Translations under genes and position numbers: made by a program
Shown: positions 45,339 to 54,825 of the stretch, piece by piece
Position numbering within the stretch: position 1 is the stretch's first letter
How the letters are laid out: the number at the start of each line of letters is the position of its first letter
Notes under the pieces: model-generated
The model's input: the letters and a program-made list of their open reading frames with translations, nothing else
Told to the model about the DNA's origin: nothing
Database searches by the model: none
Origin: a phage
Assembly: GCA_024449565.1 (NCBI GenBank)
Contig: GCA_024449565.1_4810.1
Strand: one strand, 5' to 3'
DNA: 64,000 bases

Positions 45339-45367
45339 TTGAGCCTATACTATTAATATTCATAATC
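45339..45367 (+). promoter_or_regulatory. sigma70-like promoter TTGAGC-17-ATAATC
   Basis: Hexamers upstream of the 45383 gene. Confidence 0.35.
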
Positions 45368-45382
45368 AAAAGGTGAATTATA

Positions 45383-45925
45383 ATGAAAGCGAACAAATTA
45401 AAGATTGTTTTGATCATCATCATGGCTATGCTGACAGTTATATTCTTCACCAAGACTGCATCGGCTGAAAATATGTTTACGCCGCCGAATGGAAGTGCAA
45501 AAGTTTTGACAAGATATTTCAACAATGGGCAGTCATTTGAGTTTTGCTGGAATAAATACGACGTAATAAAAGAAAGATTTGACAAAGAAAAGATGTGCGT
45601 AATGAATGATCGCGGTCGGCAGGTCGTGTCGTTTGTGTTCGGAATGTCAATGGCAAAAGTTGATGCCCCTGAAATCGTTGTCAGGTATAATACATTGGAC
45701 AGCGGCCTTGTCGACAAGACATACCCTGTTGCAGTAGACAGCAGGACAGGCGGCGCACTAATACTCACTCCAGAAGATAAATCAGATGTCGTTAACATGC
45801 TCATCAACAGCAAAGACGTAATCGTGTTTTATCACATTGAAGGCGTATCAGACTACCAAATGGCCTACTATCCACTGCCCTTGAGAGATGCTTCAGGTAA
45901 TGTTAAGACACAGGAAGTGCGTTGA
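45383..45925 (+). CDS. secreted protein
   Basis: Signal peptide MKANKLKIVLIIIMAMLTVIFFTKTASA; AAAAGGTGA SD. Confidence 0.5.
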   Translation: MKANKLKIVLIIIMAMLTVIFFTKTASAENMFTPPNGSAKVLTRYFNNGQSFEFCWNKYDVIKERFDKEKMCVMNDRGRQVVSFVFGMSMAKVDAPEIVVRYNTLDSGLVDKTYPVAVDSRTGGALILTPEDKSDVVNMLINSKDVIVFYHIEGVSDYQMAYYPLPLRDASGNVKTQEVR

Positions 45926-46152
45926 CATGGGTGGTAGTTATGCAGAAAGATTTGGAAGAAAACAAAAGGCTGAAAAAGGCTTTGACGTCTCAAATCTTAT
46001 CCCTGTTGGTAAAGCTTATTGGGGAGTCAATTAGCAACAAGGTGGCACGGGCCGCGATTGTGGGTGCAATTGGTATGGCGGGGTATTATTTCGACTTACC
46101 AGACATTGATACAAGTTCCGCTCCGCCCGTCCAAGTTGAAGCCGTAAAATAA
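45922..46152 (+). CDS. hypothetical small protein
   Basis: ATGA overlap with upstream gene; one weakly hydrophobic segment. Confidence 0.4.
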   Translation: MTWVVVMQKDLEENKRLKKALTSQILSLLVKLIGESISNKVARAAIVGAIGMAGYYFDLPDIDTSSAPPVQVEAVK

Positions 46153-46154
46153 AC

Positions 46155-46177
46155 AAAGGCCCATATGGGCCTTTTTC
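46155..46177. terminator. bidirectional intrinsic terminator
   Basis: A-run, GGCCC-ATAT-GGGCC hairpin, T-run between convergent genes. Confidence 0.65.
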
Positions 46178-46822
46178 TTACATAACTGCTAGTGCATCTT
46201 TGTAACGCTTTCTTCGCAACTCACCGTGGTTTGCTGCGTTCGGCGCGGCCCCGTTAATCCGCTTAACGGTTGAATCAAAATTTCCTGCATCCGCAAGAGG
46301 AATACAGCCGCTATTCTTAAAGAACCATGCCGCGCTGTCAGCAATGTATTTTGGTTCAGTCAGAATATCAGGATTGTTCAATGCATCATAGCCTGATTGA
46401 CGCGTATATTCCGCATAGTTGGCCTTTCCAGTCAGCTGAATGGCACCACGGCCACGGTACTTCCAACCGTCGCCAGATGCTACTGAACCGTTGCCCATGC
46501 GGTTTGCATATGTATTATTGGCGATTTCCACAGGTTTACGGGCAATCGACAGTGCCAATGAGTTCGGGGCACTTCCAGAGCGACCGTTGACGCTGTAACG
46601 ACTAGGCCATGTATTGGCAAGACCTTGAGCGGAATAATTCAGATTTTCCACAAAGGTCTTCAGACTGCCTGTTTCCACTCCTACGTTTGCAAGCAGCGCC
46701 GCGACGGCATTCTTGCTTTTGATTCCGTAGTGCTCACAAGCCTGCTTGAAGGGGTCGACCCATTTTTCAGCAACATCCATGCTGCATCCGGTCCCTTTAG
46801 ATATTACGTTTGCATTAATCAT
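46178..46822 (-). CDS. endolysin, glycoside hydrolase family 19-like
   Basis: GRGAIQLTGKANY signature and upstream GVETGS segment. Confidence 0.7.
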   Translation of the reverse strand: MINANVISKGTGCSMDVAEKWVDPFKQACEHYGIKSKNAVAALLANVGVETGSLKTFVENLNYSAQGLANTWPSRYSVNGRSGSAPNSLALSIARKPVEIANNTYANRMGNGSVASGDGWKYRGRGAIQLTGKANYAEYTRQSGYDALNNPDILTEPKYIADSAAWFFKNSGCIPLADAGNFDSTVKRINGAAPNAANHGELRRKRYKDALAVM

Positions 46823-46830
46823 AAATCACC

Positions 46831-48615
46831 TTATGCGCTTCTGTACCAGCCGTTCAAGACGACATATCGCGGCAGAGTTGAAACAGCCGTCGGCACGGAC
46901 TGTCCTGCATCGCCAGTGTTACCGACCACATCGTGAGTGTGAGCGGGAAGTGTATAGCTGTGGCTGTGATTTCCGGAAAATTGAATATTCAAGCCATGGG
47001 TGTGTGAACCAGAAGATTGAATATTGTGGACATGGTTGCCGTTAGTTGAAGTGTTGAATTTGTAGTTATCATAATCCGTCTTTCTGCTTCCAATGTTGTT
47101 GTTTGTTCCATCATAAACTCCGTATCGAGCTTGGTCGGCAAACGCCTCGCCCCATCCGCTGTCGTGATGGTGGTTACCAGCTGCATCCATACCGTGAGAG
47201 TGAGCACCGTTTTGGCTTGTATCACCTATGTGGTTATGGTTGCCTGCGTCTCCAGTGGTATTTGACCATGGACCACTTTGTCGCGTGGTAATGTTCACGC
47301 TGTGATTGTGGAGTGGAAGCATTGCAGCGGTAAGGGTAACAGAGTCTGCACCGCCTGTATCAAGACCGTTTCGCGCCGTGCCAGACGTGCGAATCACCAT
47401 GTTATCAGGCAACCTTGTCCATACCTGACCGTAAGCGCCCAGTTTAGTATTTGGGTTAGTCCCGTTGGTAAGGAATCGAGTCTCACCAACTTCGAATACG
47501 TCGCCCATGGTAATCAACTTCGCGGCAAGCGCGTCAAGTTGCCTTTTGGTAACAAATTGCTGCGGCTCCGTAGCATCAACGCCGATTTGCGCCGCGCCGA
47601 ATGCCTGAAGAAGACGCCAAACAGTGCCGTCATAGATGATGGTGAATGGCAACAGGCCTACGATAGCGCCAGCTGGCAACTCGCTGCCGTCGAATCCAAG
47701 AACGGCAACTTTGTTTACACCAATGGTCACGGTGACAGGTCCGGTAGTCGTCACATCATTGACGATTGTCAGGCGACTACCTGCTGACGGAGGCCATGAA
47801 TACCCTGCTGGAACGGTAAGGATTATGTCTTGCGCTCCTTTACCTGATGCAAGATTCGGCGTTCCAATTTGCACGTCTTGAACAGTGGCATTTTGAATCC
47901 AAGCACTCCAAGCACCAGAAGTATAAGAGCGAGTAAACAAATAGCCATTCATTGATGTATATTGCTGCAAGGCAAAGGTTTGCGCATCGACCTGCCAAGC
48001 GCAGACCTGCAGCCGACCTGCAACCTTCGTTGCGCCAACTGCATTCGGGATGTTAGAGCACAGAGCGGCGACGGAATCGGATTGAATCACGATAGTTGTG
48101 GAAGTCGTGATATTATCGAAGTCCACAAAACTTGAAATCAATCCACGAACAAAGTACGGGTTTTGCGCATCGCCGCCAGCAGGCATCGGAATGTATTTTC
48201 GCGCTTCGCTGGGCAGCGTTAATTCCTGCCAAGATTCCGTTTCTCCGTTGGCTGGCACGGCGCTTGTGTTGCCGTCGACCACGCTTTGAAAGATGCGCCA
48301 CTCAGGCGCTGAAGGCGTTCCAGAGTTGCTTACTACGATGGCGTTTTTCGGGTATCCATCCGGCTTCAAGTCAGAAGAGAAATATTGTTGAGCGCCATGA
48401 TCTTGAATAAACATAAGGTTGTCTGTAATCAAATTCAGCAACCAGTTCATGGATTCGCGCTCAACAGCTTTCGCGGCGACGTTTCCAGCCTCCAGGGCAA
48501 GCGCATAGTCAGGGGTGTAGCCGCGCTGGAAGTTCACATAACCACTTGGGCTTGCATCCGGCACCACGGATACATCACCGCTTTGCGCGAAAGGTCTGTT
48601 AATAAGTGTTGGCAT
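46831..48615 (-). CDS. tail fiber protein with C-terminal HxH repeats
   Basis: Start trimmed to ATG MPTLINR with AGAGGA SD; NHNH, AHSHG, NHHHD, HVHN, HTHG, HSHS, HTHD runs near C-terminus. Confidence 0.65.
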   Translation of the reverse strand: MPTLINRPFAQSGDVSVVPDASPSGYVNFQRGYTPDYALALEAGNVAAKAVERESMNWLLNLITDNLMFIQDHGAQQYFSSDLKPDGYPKNAIVVSNSGTPSAPEWRIFQSVVDGNTSAVPANGETESWQELTLPSEARKYIPMPAGGDAQNPYFVRGLISSFVDFDNITTSTTIVIQSDSVAALCSNIPNAVGATKVAGRLQVCAWQVDAQTFALQQYTSMNGYLFTRSYTSGAWSAWIQNATVQDVQIGTPNLASGKGAQDIILTVPAGYSWPPSAGSRLTIVNDVTTTGPVTVTIGVNKVAVLGFDGSELPAGAIVGLLPFTIIYDGTVWRLLQAFGAAQIGVDATEPQQFVTKRQLDALAAKLITMGDVFEVGETRFLTNGTNPNTKLGAYGQVWTRLPDNMVIRTSGTARNGLDTGGADSVTLTAAMLPLHNHSVNITTRQSGPWSNTTGDAGNHNHIGDTSQNGAHSHGMDAAGNHHHDSGWGEAFADQARYGVYDGTNNNIGSRKTDYDNYKFNTSTNGNHVHNIQSSGSHTHGLNIQFSGNHSHSYTLPAHTHDVVGNTGDAGQSVPTAVSTLPRYVVLNGWYRSA

Positions 48616-48625
48616 TGCCGTTCCT

Positions 48626-51364
48626 CTACACGATGTATTTAATTTTTGATAAAAGGGTTGATGCCCAATCACCAGTTAAGTCAGTTATGTTCATGCTTGA
48701 AACATAACCGCCAGCAGCACTTCTTGGAAAGTTTACTGTCGCTACAACATCCCCATTCGAAGCTATCAATTGAACTCCAGTCGCCAGTGACCCTGGGTTT
48801 TTGATGTATATAGAAGTTGCAGTTTTCTTTGCAAAGTCTTCGCTTGTTGAAATCGCAAGCGCATTCATCGTATTACCAGAAACAAGCATCAAGCTTAAAA
48901 TATCAAGTTCAAGAGTCGTACCAACTTCGGTCGGCAAGTCTTTCCCTGATATCAAGCCAATGCTTATTCCACCTGTCGAACCATCCCAAGTCGTTCCTGC
49001 AACAATCTCAGCGGCAAGGTCAACTTCGATACGTTGCAAATCACCTGCGCCTATGCTGTAGAATTTAGGGATATAGCCGCCCATACCATCCGGTACGGTT
49101 ACGAAAAGTTTTTGACCGTTTACCGTGTTGTTTTTAACTATTGCGATAAATGACAAAGGACCAGTCAGGCTGCCAGTGTATTTAGTAGCAAGTACAGCGC
49201 GTGCATAACCGGACGCTGGCACAGTTCCTATTGTAGCGGAAAGCTTGAATGATGGGAACTGGTTGGGCGCACCGCTGATTGGCGTCGCCGTTACCGTGTT
49301 ATCTCCGTCCTTGACGATATTGCCAAAAGATGTGCCGTCATTGGGCTGTGTGTATCGCCAGTAGTTTGTGATCGCGGCACGTGGGATTTCACGACCAAAG
49401 TCATCTCTTGATGCTTTTGAGATTGAATAGTCGTTGACAAGTGCGCCGTCGATAACTTGGTTCACACCTTTCAGAGATTCAAGCTGTCGTATTACGCCTT
49501 TAAAGTTGTTCAGCGGCCACTCGTTTATGCCGCCAACTCTGATGATGCCGTCAGTGTTAATCCATGCGACACCTTCCGTTTCGAATCCTACTCGCGTGTC
49601 TGTTATGTTGCTGACAGTCAAATCAATATCAGATAAGTCTGCGACTTCTTGGTAAAGCTGCCAACGTATTCCGGCATTTGCTGGCAAGAATCCTTCATTC
49701 CTGTCGCCAACTAGCGTCTTAAAGTTGTCGGATAAGTTGTTGGCGAAATAAGGCCCGATGACATATTCCATGTAATAGTCAGCGGTCGGCGGCGGCGGTA
49801 CGCCGTCCAATCGGCTAACGTTCCATGAGCGTCTGATGCCGTCAGTCTCTGCAATCAATGTTGCGTTTCCTGGGTACGGGTAGCCGCCGATTGAACCAGA
49901 GTATGCAAGCGATGAACCAGGCTGCATGAATGATTCACCTACCACGCCATCCCTTGTTGTCAACGGACCGTTTGCGCAAGATATGTTGTTGAGCGTTCCT
50001 GCCGTAACAGACAGGATTGCCGTTCCATCTGCAGGAGGATTTTGAGTCCCATAGAAATAAGGCTCAGGCCCATTAGGATTTTGAACAGGGTCGCAAACAC
50101 AAATGGAGTATCCAAAAAGAAGCGCATCAGACCCTTCAGGCAATTCGCGAGTCTGGGTTGATCCAGCGGCAGTTGCTTTCAACTCAATTGAAAAGCTTGT
50201 TTTCACCCCAGCCGTCGCGTTTGCAGTTTGCTCTACAATCCAGATTCTGTACCAATCGCCGCCGATTGCCTTGATGCCACCACGATTTGATTCCCTTCTC
50301 ACACCGTCGAACTTGCCTGTGATGAAATAACTCAAAGAAGAGTCAAGGTTGAACTGCCCAGTCACTGGGTCGAAAAGTTTTCCATTACTCGATGCATCAC
50401 TGTTCTCTGTTACGGAAACAGAAGCCACGTTTTCAGAAAGCACTTTTATGTAGAAGCTATAGCAAACGTTGACACCAGCCTGAGAAGGAAGCGCAATAGA
50501 TTGGGCGCTTGGATTATTGGCCAAAGAATACACAGGCTCGCCGCTGGAAGCGGTCTTGATGACCCGTACTGCGTTGGCGAAATTCTCTATGGCCTCTCCT
50601 GGGTAGTCACCGCACAGTTGTCCGTAATAGTCAGGGCCGCCATATTGTCGTGTATCGCCGCCGACAATACCAGCGCCGGAACCATTGCCCCATGAATACC
50701 AGTCTGGGTGCGCCATCCGTGACACGGTGCCTGACACTCCGCTGATGGTAAGTCCTGCGTTGTTGCCATGGCTTAAAAGTATCTGCTTATAATCGTGCTG
50801 AATCTCAGTTGACCCTTGCCAGTCGTACAGAAGGAATGAGCCATTGGTTGATTCAGACGAAGACACCGCGCCTTGAGTATTGTCGGTCACATATGCGTAG
50901 CGTGATGAAGAATAATCCCAAGCCTCTCCACGGTTGAAAATCCACTTAAGCATGCGGTTGATACTTTCGATGCGGCCATCACTTGTAAGCGTCAGATAAC
51001 GAAGCTTAAGAAGTATGCGTGCTTCTTCGATATTCTTTACAACCTTCCCGCCAGCACCAAAGAAGTTGCCGCCGATGTTGTCCGCACCTTCAAAGTTGTC
51101 GCGCGTCGGTCCAAACGCCCAGTTGTGCTCATAATTGCTTAAGTCCACAAAGTCTCTTGGTATGCAAAGAATGTCGCACCAAATATAAATGCCCATTGCA
51201 TCACAAGTATCAATGTTGAATATGTTCTTGTACCAGTCAATCCAAAACTGATCTTGATATCGCTCGTACCAGTCACTTTTCTTTTGCACCAAAGATGTGA
51301 TGTTTGGCGCATTGTTCTGCATCCACTTAAGGTTTTGCAACAGGTTTGTGTCAAACTTTTGCAT
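48626..51364 (-). CDS. large baseplate/tail protein (912 aa)
   Basis: Position between baseplate J-like gene and tail fiber; Gly/Ser/Thr-rich C-terminal half. Confidence 0.45.
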   Translation of the reverse strand: MQKFDTNLLQNLKWMQNNAPNITSLVQKKSDWYERYQDQFWIDWYKNIFNIDTCDAMGIYIWCDILCIPRDFVDLSNYEHNWAFGPTRDNFEGADNIGGNFFGAGGKVVKNIEEARILLKLRYLTLTSDGRIESINRMLKWIFNRGEAWDYSSSRYAYVTDNTQGAVSSSESTNGSFLLYDWQGSTEIQHDYKQILLSHGNNAGLTISGVSGTVSRMAHPDWYSWGNGSGAGIVGGDTRQYGGPDYYGQLCGDYPGEAIENFANAVRVIKTASSGEPVYSLANNPSAQSIALPSQAGVNVCYSFYIKVLSENVASVSVTENSDASSNGKLFDPVTGQFNLDSSLSYFITGKFDGVRRESNRGGIKAIGGDWYRIWIVEQTANATAGVKTSFSIELKATAAGSTQTRELPEGSDALLFGYSICVCDPVQNPNGPEPYFYGTQNPPADGTAILSVTAGTLNNISCANGPLTTRDGVVGESFMQPGSSLAYSGSIGGYPYPGNATLIAETDGIRRSWNVSRLDGVPPPPTADYYMEYVIGPYFANNLSDNFKTLVGDRNEGFLPANAGIRWQLYQEVADLSDIDLTVSNITDTRVGFETEGVAWINTDGIIRVGGINEWPLNNFKGVIRQLESLKGVNQVIDGALVNDYSISKASRDDFGREIPRAAITNYWRYTQPNDGTSFGNIVKDGDNTVTATPISGAPNQFPSFKLSATIGTVPASGYARAVLATKYTGSLTGPLSFIAIVKNNTVNGQKLFVTVPDGMGGYIPKFYSIGAGDLQRIEVDLAAEIVAGTTWDGSTGGISIGLISGKDLPTEVGTTLELDILSLMLVSGNTMNALAISTSEDFAKKTATSIYIKNPGSLATGVQLIASNGDVVATVNFPRSAAGGYVSSMNITDLTGDWASTLLSKIKYIV

Positions 51365-51370
51365 AGTTCC

Positions 51371-52642
51371 TCACACAAATTTAACGTTGATGAAGCCGCG
51401 CATAGTATTCGCCTTATCCCAAGGGTTGGCAATCCACTCGCTGCCGTAATCGGATGGATAATTTGGCGCTGCCTGTCCGCTTTTTACTGCTGCAATTTTG
51501 CAATCTTTGATATAAAGTCCTGGATATTCGCAGGATACTGCTGAAGCAATTTCAAAAGAAGATTGAGATTGACCCACTGCATATCCTTGCTCGCCGTTAA
51601 AATTGCCATTGCCGTAATTCAGTACAGCGGCAATAATAGACTCTGCATCAGCGGTCGCCGTTCCTCTTGAAACGGTTATGTCAACATACAAGTCATATAT
51701 CACTGCAGTATTAAATTTGACAAAATAAGACAGTTGCGATTCTTCGTCGACAACTTCTATTCCATCAGGCGAGTTGACTGGATCACCTTGATTAGCAGCG
51801 CCAAAGTCCCAAGGTTGACCGCCCATCTTCGCCTTGAATATCGTCTCCGCAAACACTTGCTTGTCAAATGTTCCGCTTGCGCACACCCAAACACCGTTAG
51901 GCGTTGAGAAGGTGATGCCGCGCACCGTTCCAGGCGCTCCTGTGTCGTTCTCAACGACCATCACAGATTCTACACCGTCGACCGACATGGCGCGAGCGCG
52001 AATGGCACCAAGCGATGCAATGCCCTGCTGGTAAAGACGCTTAACACGAGCGGCCTTTAATGCTCCGTCGCTCATGTATTGTGTTCCTGGCACGGTCGTT
52101 GTTGCCGACGTTGAATAAGTTCTTGACCATCCGATGACATCATAACCTTGCACCACTGTAAACTCTTCATCAGGCGCAACAGTGAATGATCCATAATCTT
52201 TTGACGCAAGAGTCATATTGCTTGTCTTGCCAGTCGAAGTGATTTGAACGTCTTCCAGAACATACCAGTATGTACCATTTGAATCAGTAAGAAGACTTCC
52301 AGCAGGAATTTCCAGCAGCGGCGTTCCCTCTGCAGTCACACCTTTCAACATCGTGCTTACGTTCTTTGTGCGCTCGATACCAAGAAGCGCCGCGATTGCA
52401 TCAAGATATACTCCATATGAGTAGTTAGGGTTGATGAGACTTCCCAATTCGGCATTGTTCTTCATCACTGAAGTTCTTGCCAACGTTTCTGTTGCGATTA
52501 GAGTGCCTTGCGGCGTCGAAGCATCAACATCAAGCCCGACCCCTAAAGACTCAATCCATTCACCTTGAACATCAGCCAATAAATCTGCCGTGTCAATGGT
52601 GATCACACCAGTGCTTACTATGTAAGAATATTGTGCACTCAT
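51371..52642 (-). CDS. baseplate J-like protein
   Basis: 423 aa; position and size fit the gpJ/gp47 family; recognised by gene order and general sequence character. Confidence 0.55.
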   Translation of the reverse strand: MSAQYSYIVSTGVITIDTADLLADVQGEWIESLGVGLDVDASTPQGTLIATETLARTSVMKNNAELGSLINPNYSYGVYLDAIAALLGIERTKNVSTMLKGVTAEGTPLLEIPAGSLLTDSNGTYWYVLEDVQITSTGKTSNMTLASKDYGSFTVAPDEEFTVVQGYDVIGWSRTYSTSATTTVPGTQYMSDGALKAARVKRLYQQGIASLGAIRARAMSVDGVESVMVVENDTGAPGTVRGITFSTPNGVWVCASGTFDKQVFAETIFKAKMGGQPWDFGAANQGDPVNSPDGIEVVDEESQLSYFVKFNTAVIYDLYVDITVSRGTATADAESIIAAVLNYGNGNFNGEQGYAVGQSQSSFEIASAVSCEYPGLYIKDCKIAAVKSGQAAPNYPSDYGSEWIANPWDKANTMRGFINVKFV

Positions 52643-53367
52643 TCTATCATATTCCCAGTTCTGTTTCCAGGCCCGTTACCGATATGCCCGTGAGTGGATA
52701 CATCAATGCCGCCGACCGTTGTGCCAGTCGGAAGCGTTGCCGTCGTTCCTTCTTTGCCTTCTATCCCACCATTGAATGTTGCCTTTCCATTTACTATCAA
52801 TTGTTGATCGATAGTGGTTATCGGGGTCTTGACGTTTACTCCAGCAGACGCAGTTATGTTTATTGAGTCATCGCTTAGTGCAATTCTCACAGCGCCGCTG
52901 AGGGATTGAATTACCATTGACCCTGCATCCTCTCCGCTTATGGTGTATTTTCGGAATACATCCGGTATGAACAGTCCATCAGCGAAAGTTTTTACACGGC
53001 CATTGGTAGGCGCGGTCGGCTTCAATTCTTCAAGGAATGTCGACAACTCGCGGTCGCCAGCGAATATCCAGCCCAAGTCGCCTTCCTTCAAAGGGAAGTT
53101 GATCACGAATCCGCCGCCGCCGATTGCCAGTACCGGAATTGACACCAAAGGTTGACGCTCCACTGGCTTATCATCAAGACTTACGAAATGAATAACAGGT
53201 TTTATGACTGCTAAATTTTTCTTGCGGTCATAAGATATTACTTGCGCAGGAATCATACCATCAGTGGTATACTTGCCACGGTCCAGCATTCCCTGAAGCG
53301 CGGCAAACATACTTGATTTGTCAGTTTGGTTGGGGCTTGTAAGTTGGGTTAACTTTTCTGCCATCAT
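52639..53367 (-). CDS. baseplate protein (spike/gpV-like, tentative)
   Basis: Start trimmed to ATG MMAEKL with AAGGAG SD; Gly-rich C-terminus; position upstream of J-like gene. Confidence 0.4.
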   Translation of the reverse strand: MMAEKLTQLTSPNQTDKSSMFAALQGMLDRGKYTTDGMIPAQVISYDRKKNLAVIKPVIHFVSLDDKPVERQPLVSIPVLAIGGGGFVINFPLKEGDLGWIFAGDRELSTFLEELKPTAPTNGRVKTFADGLFIPDVFRKYTISGEDAGSMVIQSLSGAVRIALSDDSINITASAGVNVKTPITTIDQQLIVNGKATFNGGIEGKEGTTATLPTGTTVGGIDVSTHGHIGNGPGNRTGNMIE

Positions 53368-53414
53368 AGACTCCTTATATCTGATCAACAAATTATAATC
53401 TATAAGGAGTCTAT
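53366..53414 (-). promoter_or_regulatory. 14-bp perfect inverted repeat sequestering the RBS and start codon
   Basis: ATAGACTCCTTATA (53366-53379) and TATAAGGAGTCTAT (53401-53414), 21-nt loop; the 3' arm on the mRNA contains the AAGGAG SD and the first two bases of the ATG. Confidence 0.5.
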
Positions 53415-53424
53415 AAGCAATATT

Positions 53425-53946
53425 TTAGCGATTTGACTTTGATTCTTTAATGGCAGCTTCGTTTGAGTAGGCTTCATTAAGTGATTTTGCTATTAAACCA
53501 TCAAACATGGCAAATGCATCACGCAGTGAATAGTATTCTTCCAACTCCTTTAAAGATGCAAGGCCGTTATTTATTAGACTTGCAACCATTGGCTCAAGAT
53601 AATTAGGCTCTACTGTCGGTGCATCCGCCAAGAATCTATTTGGAATTTTGGTGCTTTTCCAATCGCTAAGGAATCCAAAGTTGTGCTTTTTAACGGCTTC
53701 CATCAATACTTTCAACACAAGATTAGGCGGCAAGTGATTAGGAATACTTTTCACTTCCTCACTAATTACTTTTTCAGAATTAAGCCTTACTTTGGACCCG
53801 TCGTATTTGATTACATAACATTCACTCAATAATTCAAGTGGGGTTAATATACTTATGTCATCGACCATTTCAAATGCATCTATTGCGCTGAATTGATGAA
53901 TTTCATAAGTTACGCCAAACAAGTCGATTATTTTATTCTTTCTCAT
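53425..53946 (-). CDS. hypothetical tail/baseplate protein
   Basis: Tiled ORF within the tail module. Confidence 0.45.
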   Translation of the reverse strand: MRKNKIIDLFGVTYEIHQFSAIDAFEMVDDISILTPLELLSECYVIKYDGSKVRLNSEKVISEEVKSIPNHLPPNLVLKVLMEAVKKHNFGFLSDWKSTKIPNRFLADAPTVEPNYLEPMVASLINNGLASLKELEEYYSLRDAFAMFDGLIAKSLNEAYSNEAAIKESKSNR

Positions 53947-53948
53947 AT

Positions 53949-54821
53949 TTATGCCGATGGTGCAACGCCGCCCGTCACCGTAAATATATCATCACGACTC
54001 GCTAAATCATATTCAAGTTGCATGATGACAAATGTGGTGTCGTTCAAGCTTGGGTTTAAGACTGATTTGAATTTAACACCTTGTGCAAGCTTCAAATCTG
54101 CGTTATACATACAAGTGAAGTCTGCACCCCACTCGTTCCACATCGGTATTCCGACAAATTCCTCAATGACTGTAATCTGGTCTGGATTTAGAATTTTGTC
54201 TTTATCCTTAACAATTAACGTATCGTCATCAATGTATGCCGCGATTGAGTTGCGTTGATAGTTCTGGATCTCAAGCAGCAGCGCAGCAGCAACATATGTT
54301 GTTCTTCCTGGGTTCACAAGTCGCTGATTGTTAATCGACGTGTCACAAATAACAGTATCGATGCCCATTTGTTTTGCAGACCATTCCACAAACTCTTTGA
54401 AAGTCGGGTTGGATGGCGCGGCTTGAGTTATGAACTTCGTTCTGTTTATTTGGTTGGTGTAACAAGTGATTCTGATGACAATATTCGGCGGCGGTGCTGT
54501 GATCTCAACTGTCGTCACCTGTCCCTTGTATACCAAGTTGCTGCTGATTACGCTCCCTTCTCTGTATCCAGCTTCAATAGTCACGTTAACATAGTTCGCC
54601 GCCAACTGACCTTGATCACGCAGACGTTTGTTGAATGCCGTGAAGTTGGAAAGCAGGTACTCTCTCAAGTACCCTGTCAATCCTGCGACTTCAATCGTGG
54701 CCTTATTCTGAACGGAAAGTGCTGCCTTTTTGATTCGGCATCTAAGCATCAATCCTTCATCAAGCACTTGGCTTGTGCCATCCGGCATAGATAAGGTGAC
54801 TTTAAGGATTCTCTTTTTCAA
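53949..54821 (-). CDS. tail/baseplate protein (hub-like, tentative)
   Basis: 290-aa ORF immediately downstream of the tape measure gene. Confidence 0.4.
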   Translation of the reverse strand: MKKRILKVTLSMPDGTSQVLDEGLMLRCRIKKAALSVQNKATIEVAGLTGYLREYLLSNFTAFNKRLRDQGQLAANYVNVTIEAGYREGSVISSNLVYKGQVTTVEITAPPPNIVIRITCYTNQINRTKFITQAAPSNPTFKEFVEWSAKQMGIDTVICDTSINNQRLVNPGRTTYVAAALLLEIQNYQRNSIAAYIDDDTLIVKDKDKILNPDQITVIEEFVGIPMWNEWGADFTCMYNADLKLAQGVKFKSVLNPSLNDTTFVIMQLEYDLASRDDIFTVTGGVAPSA

Positions 54822-54825
54822 ATTA

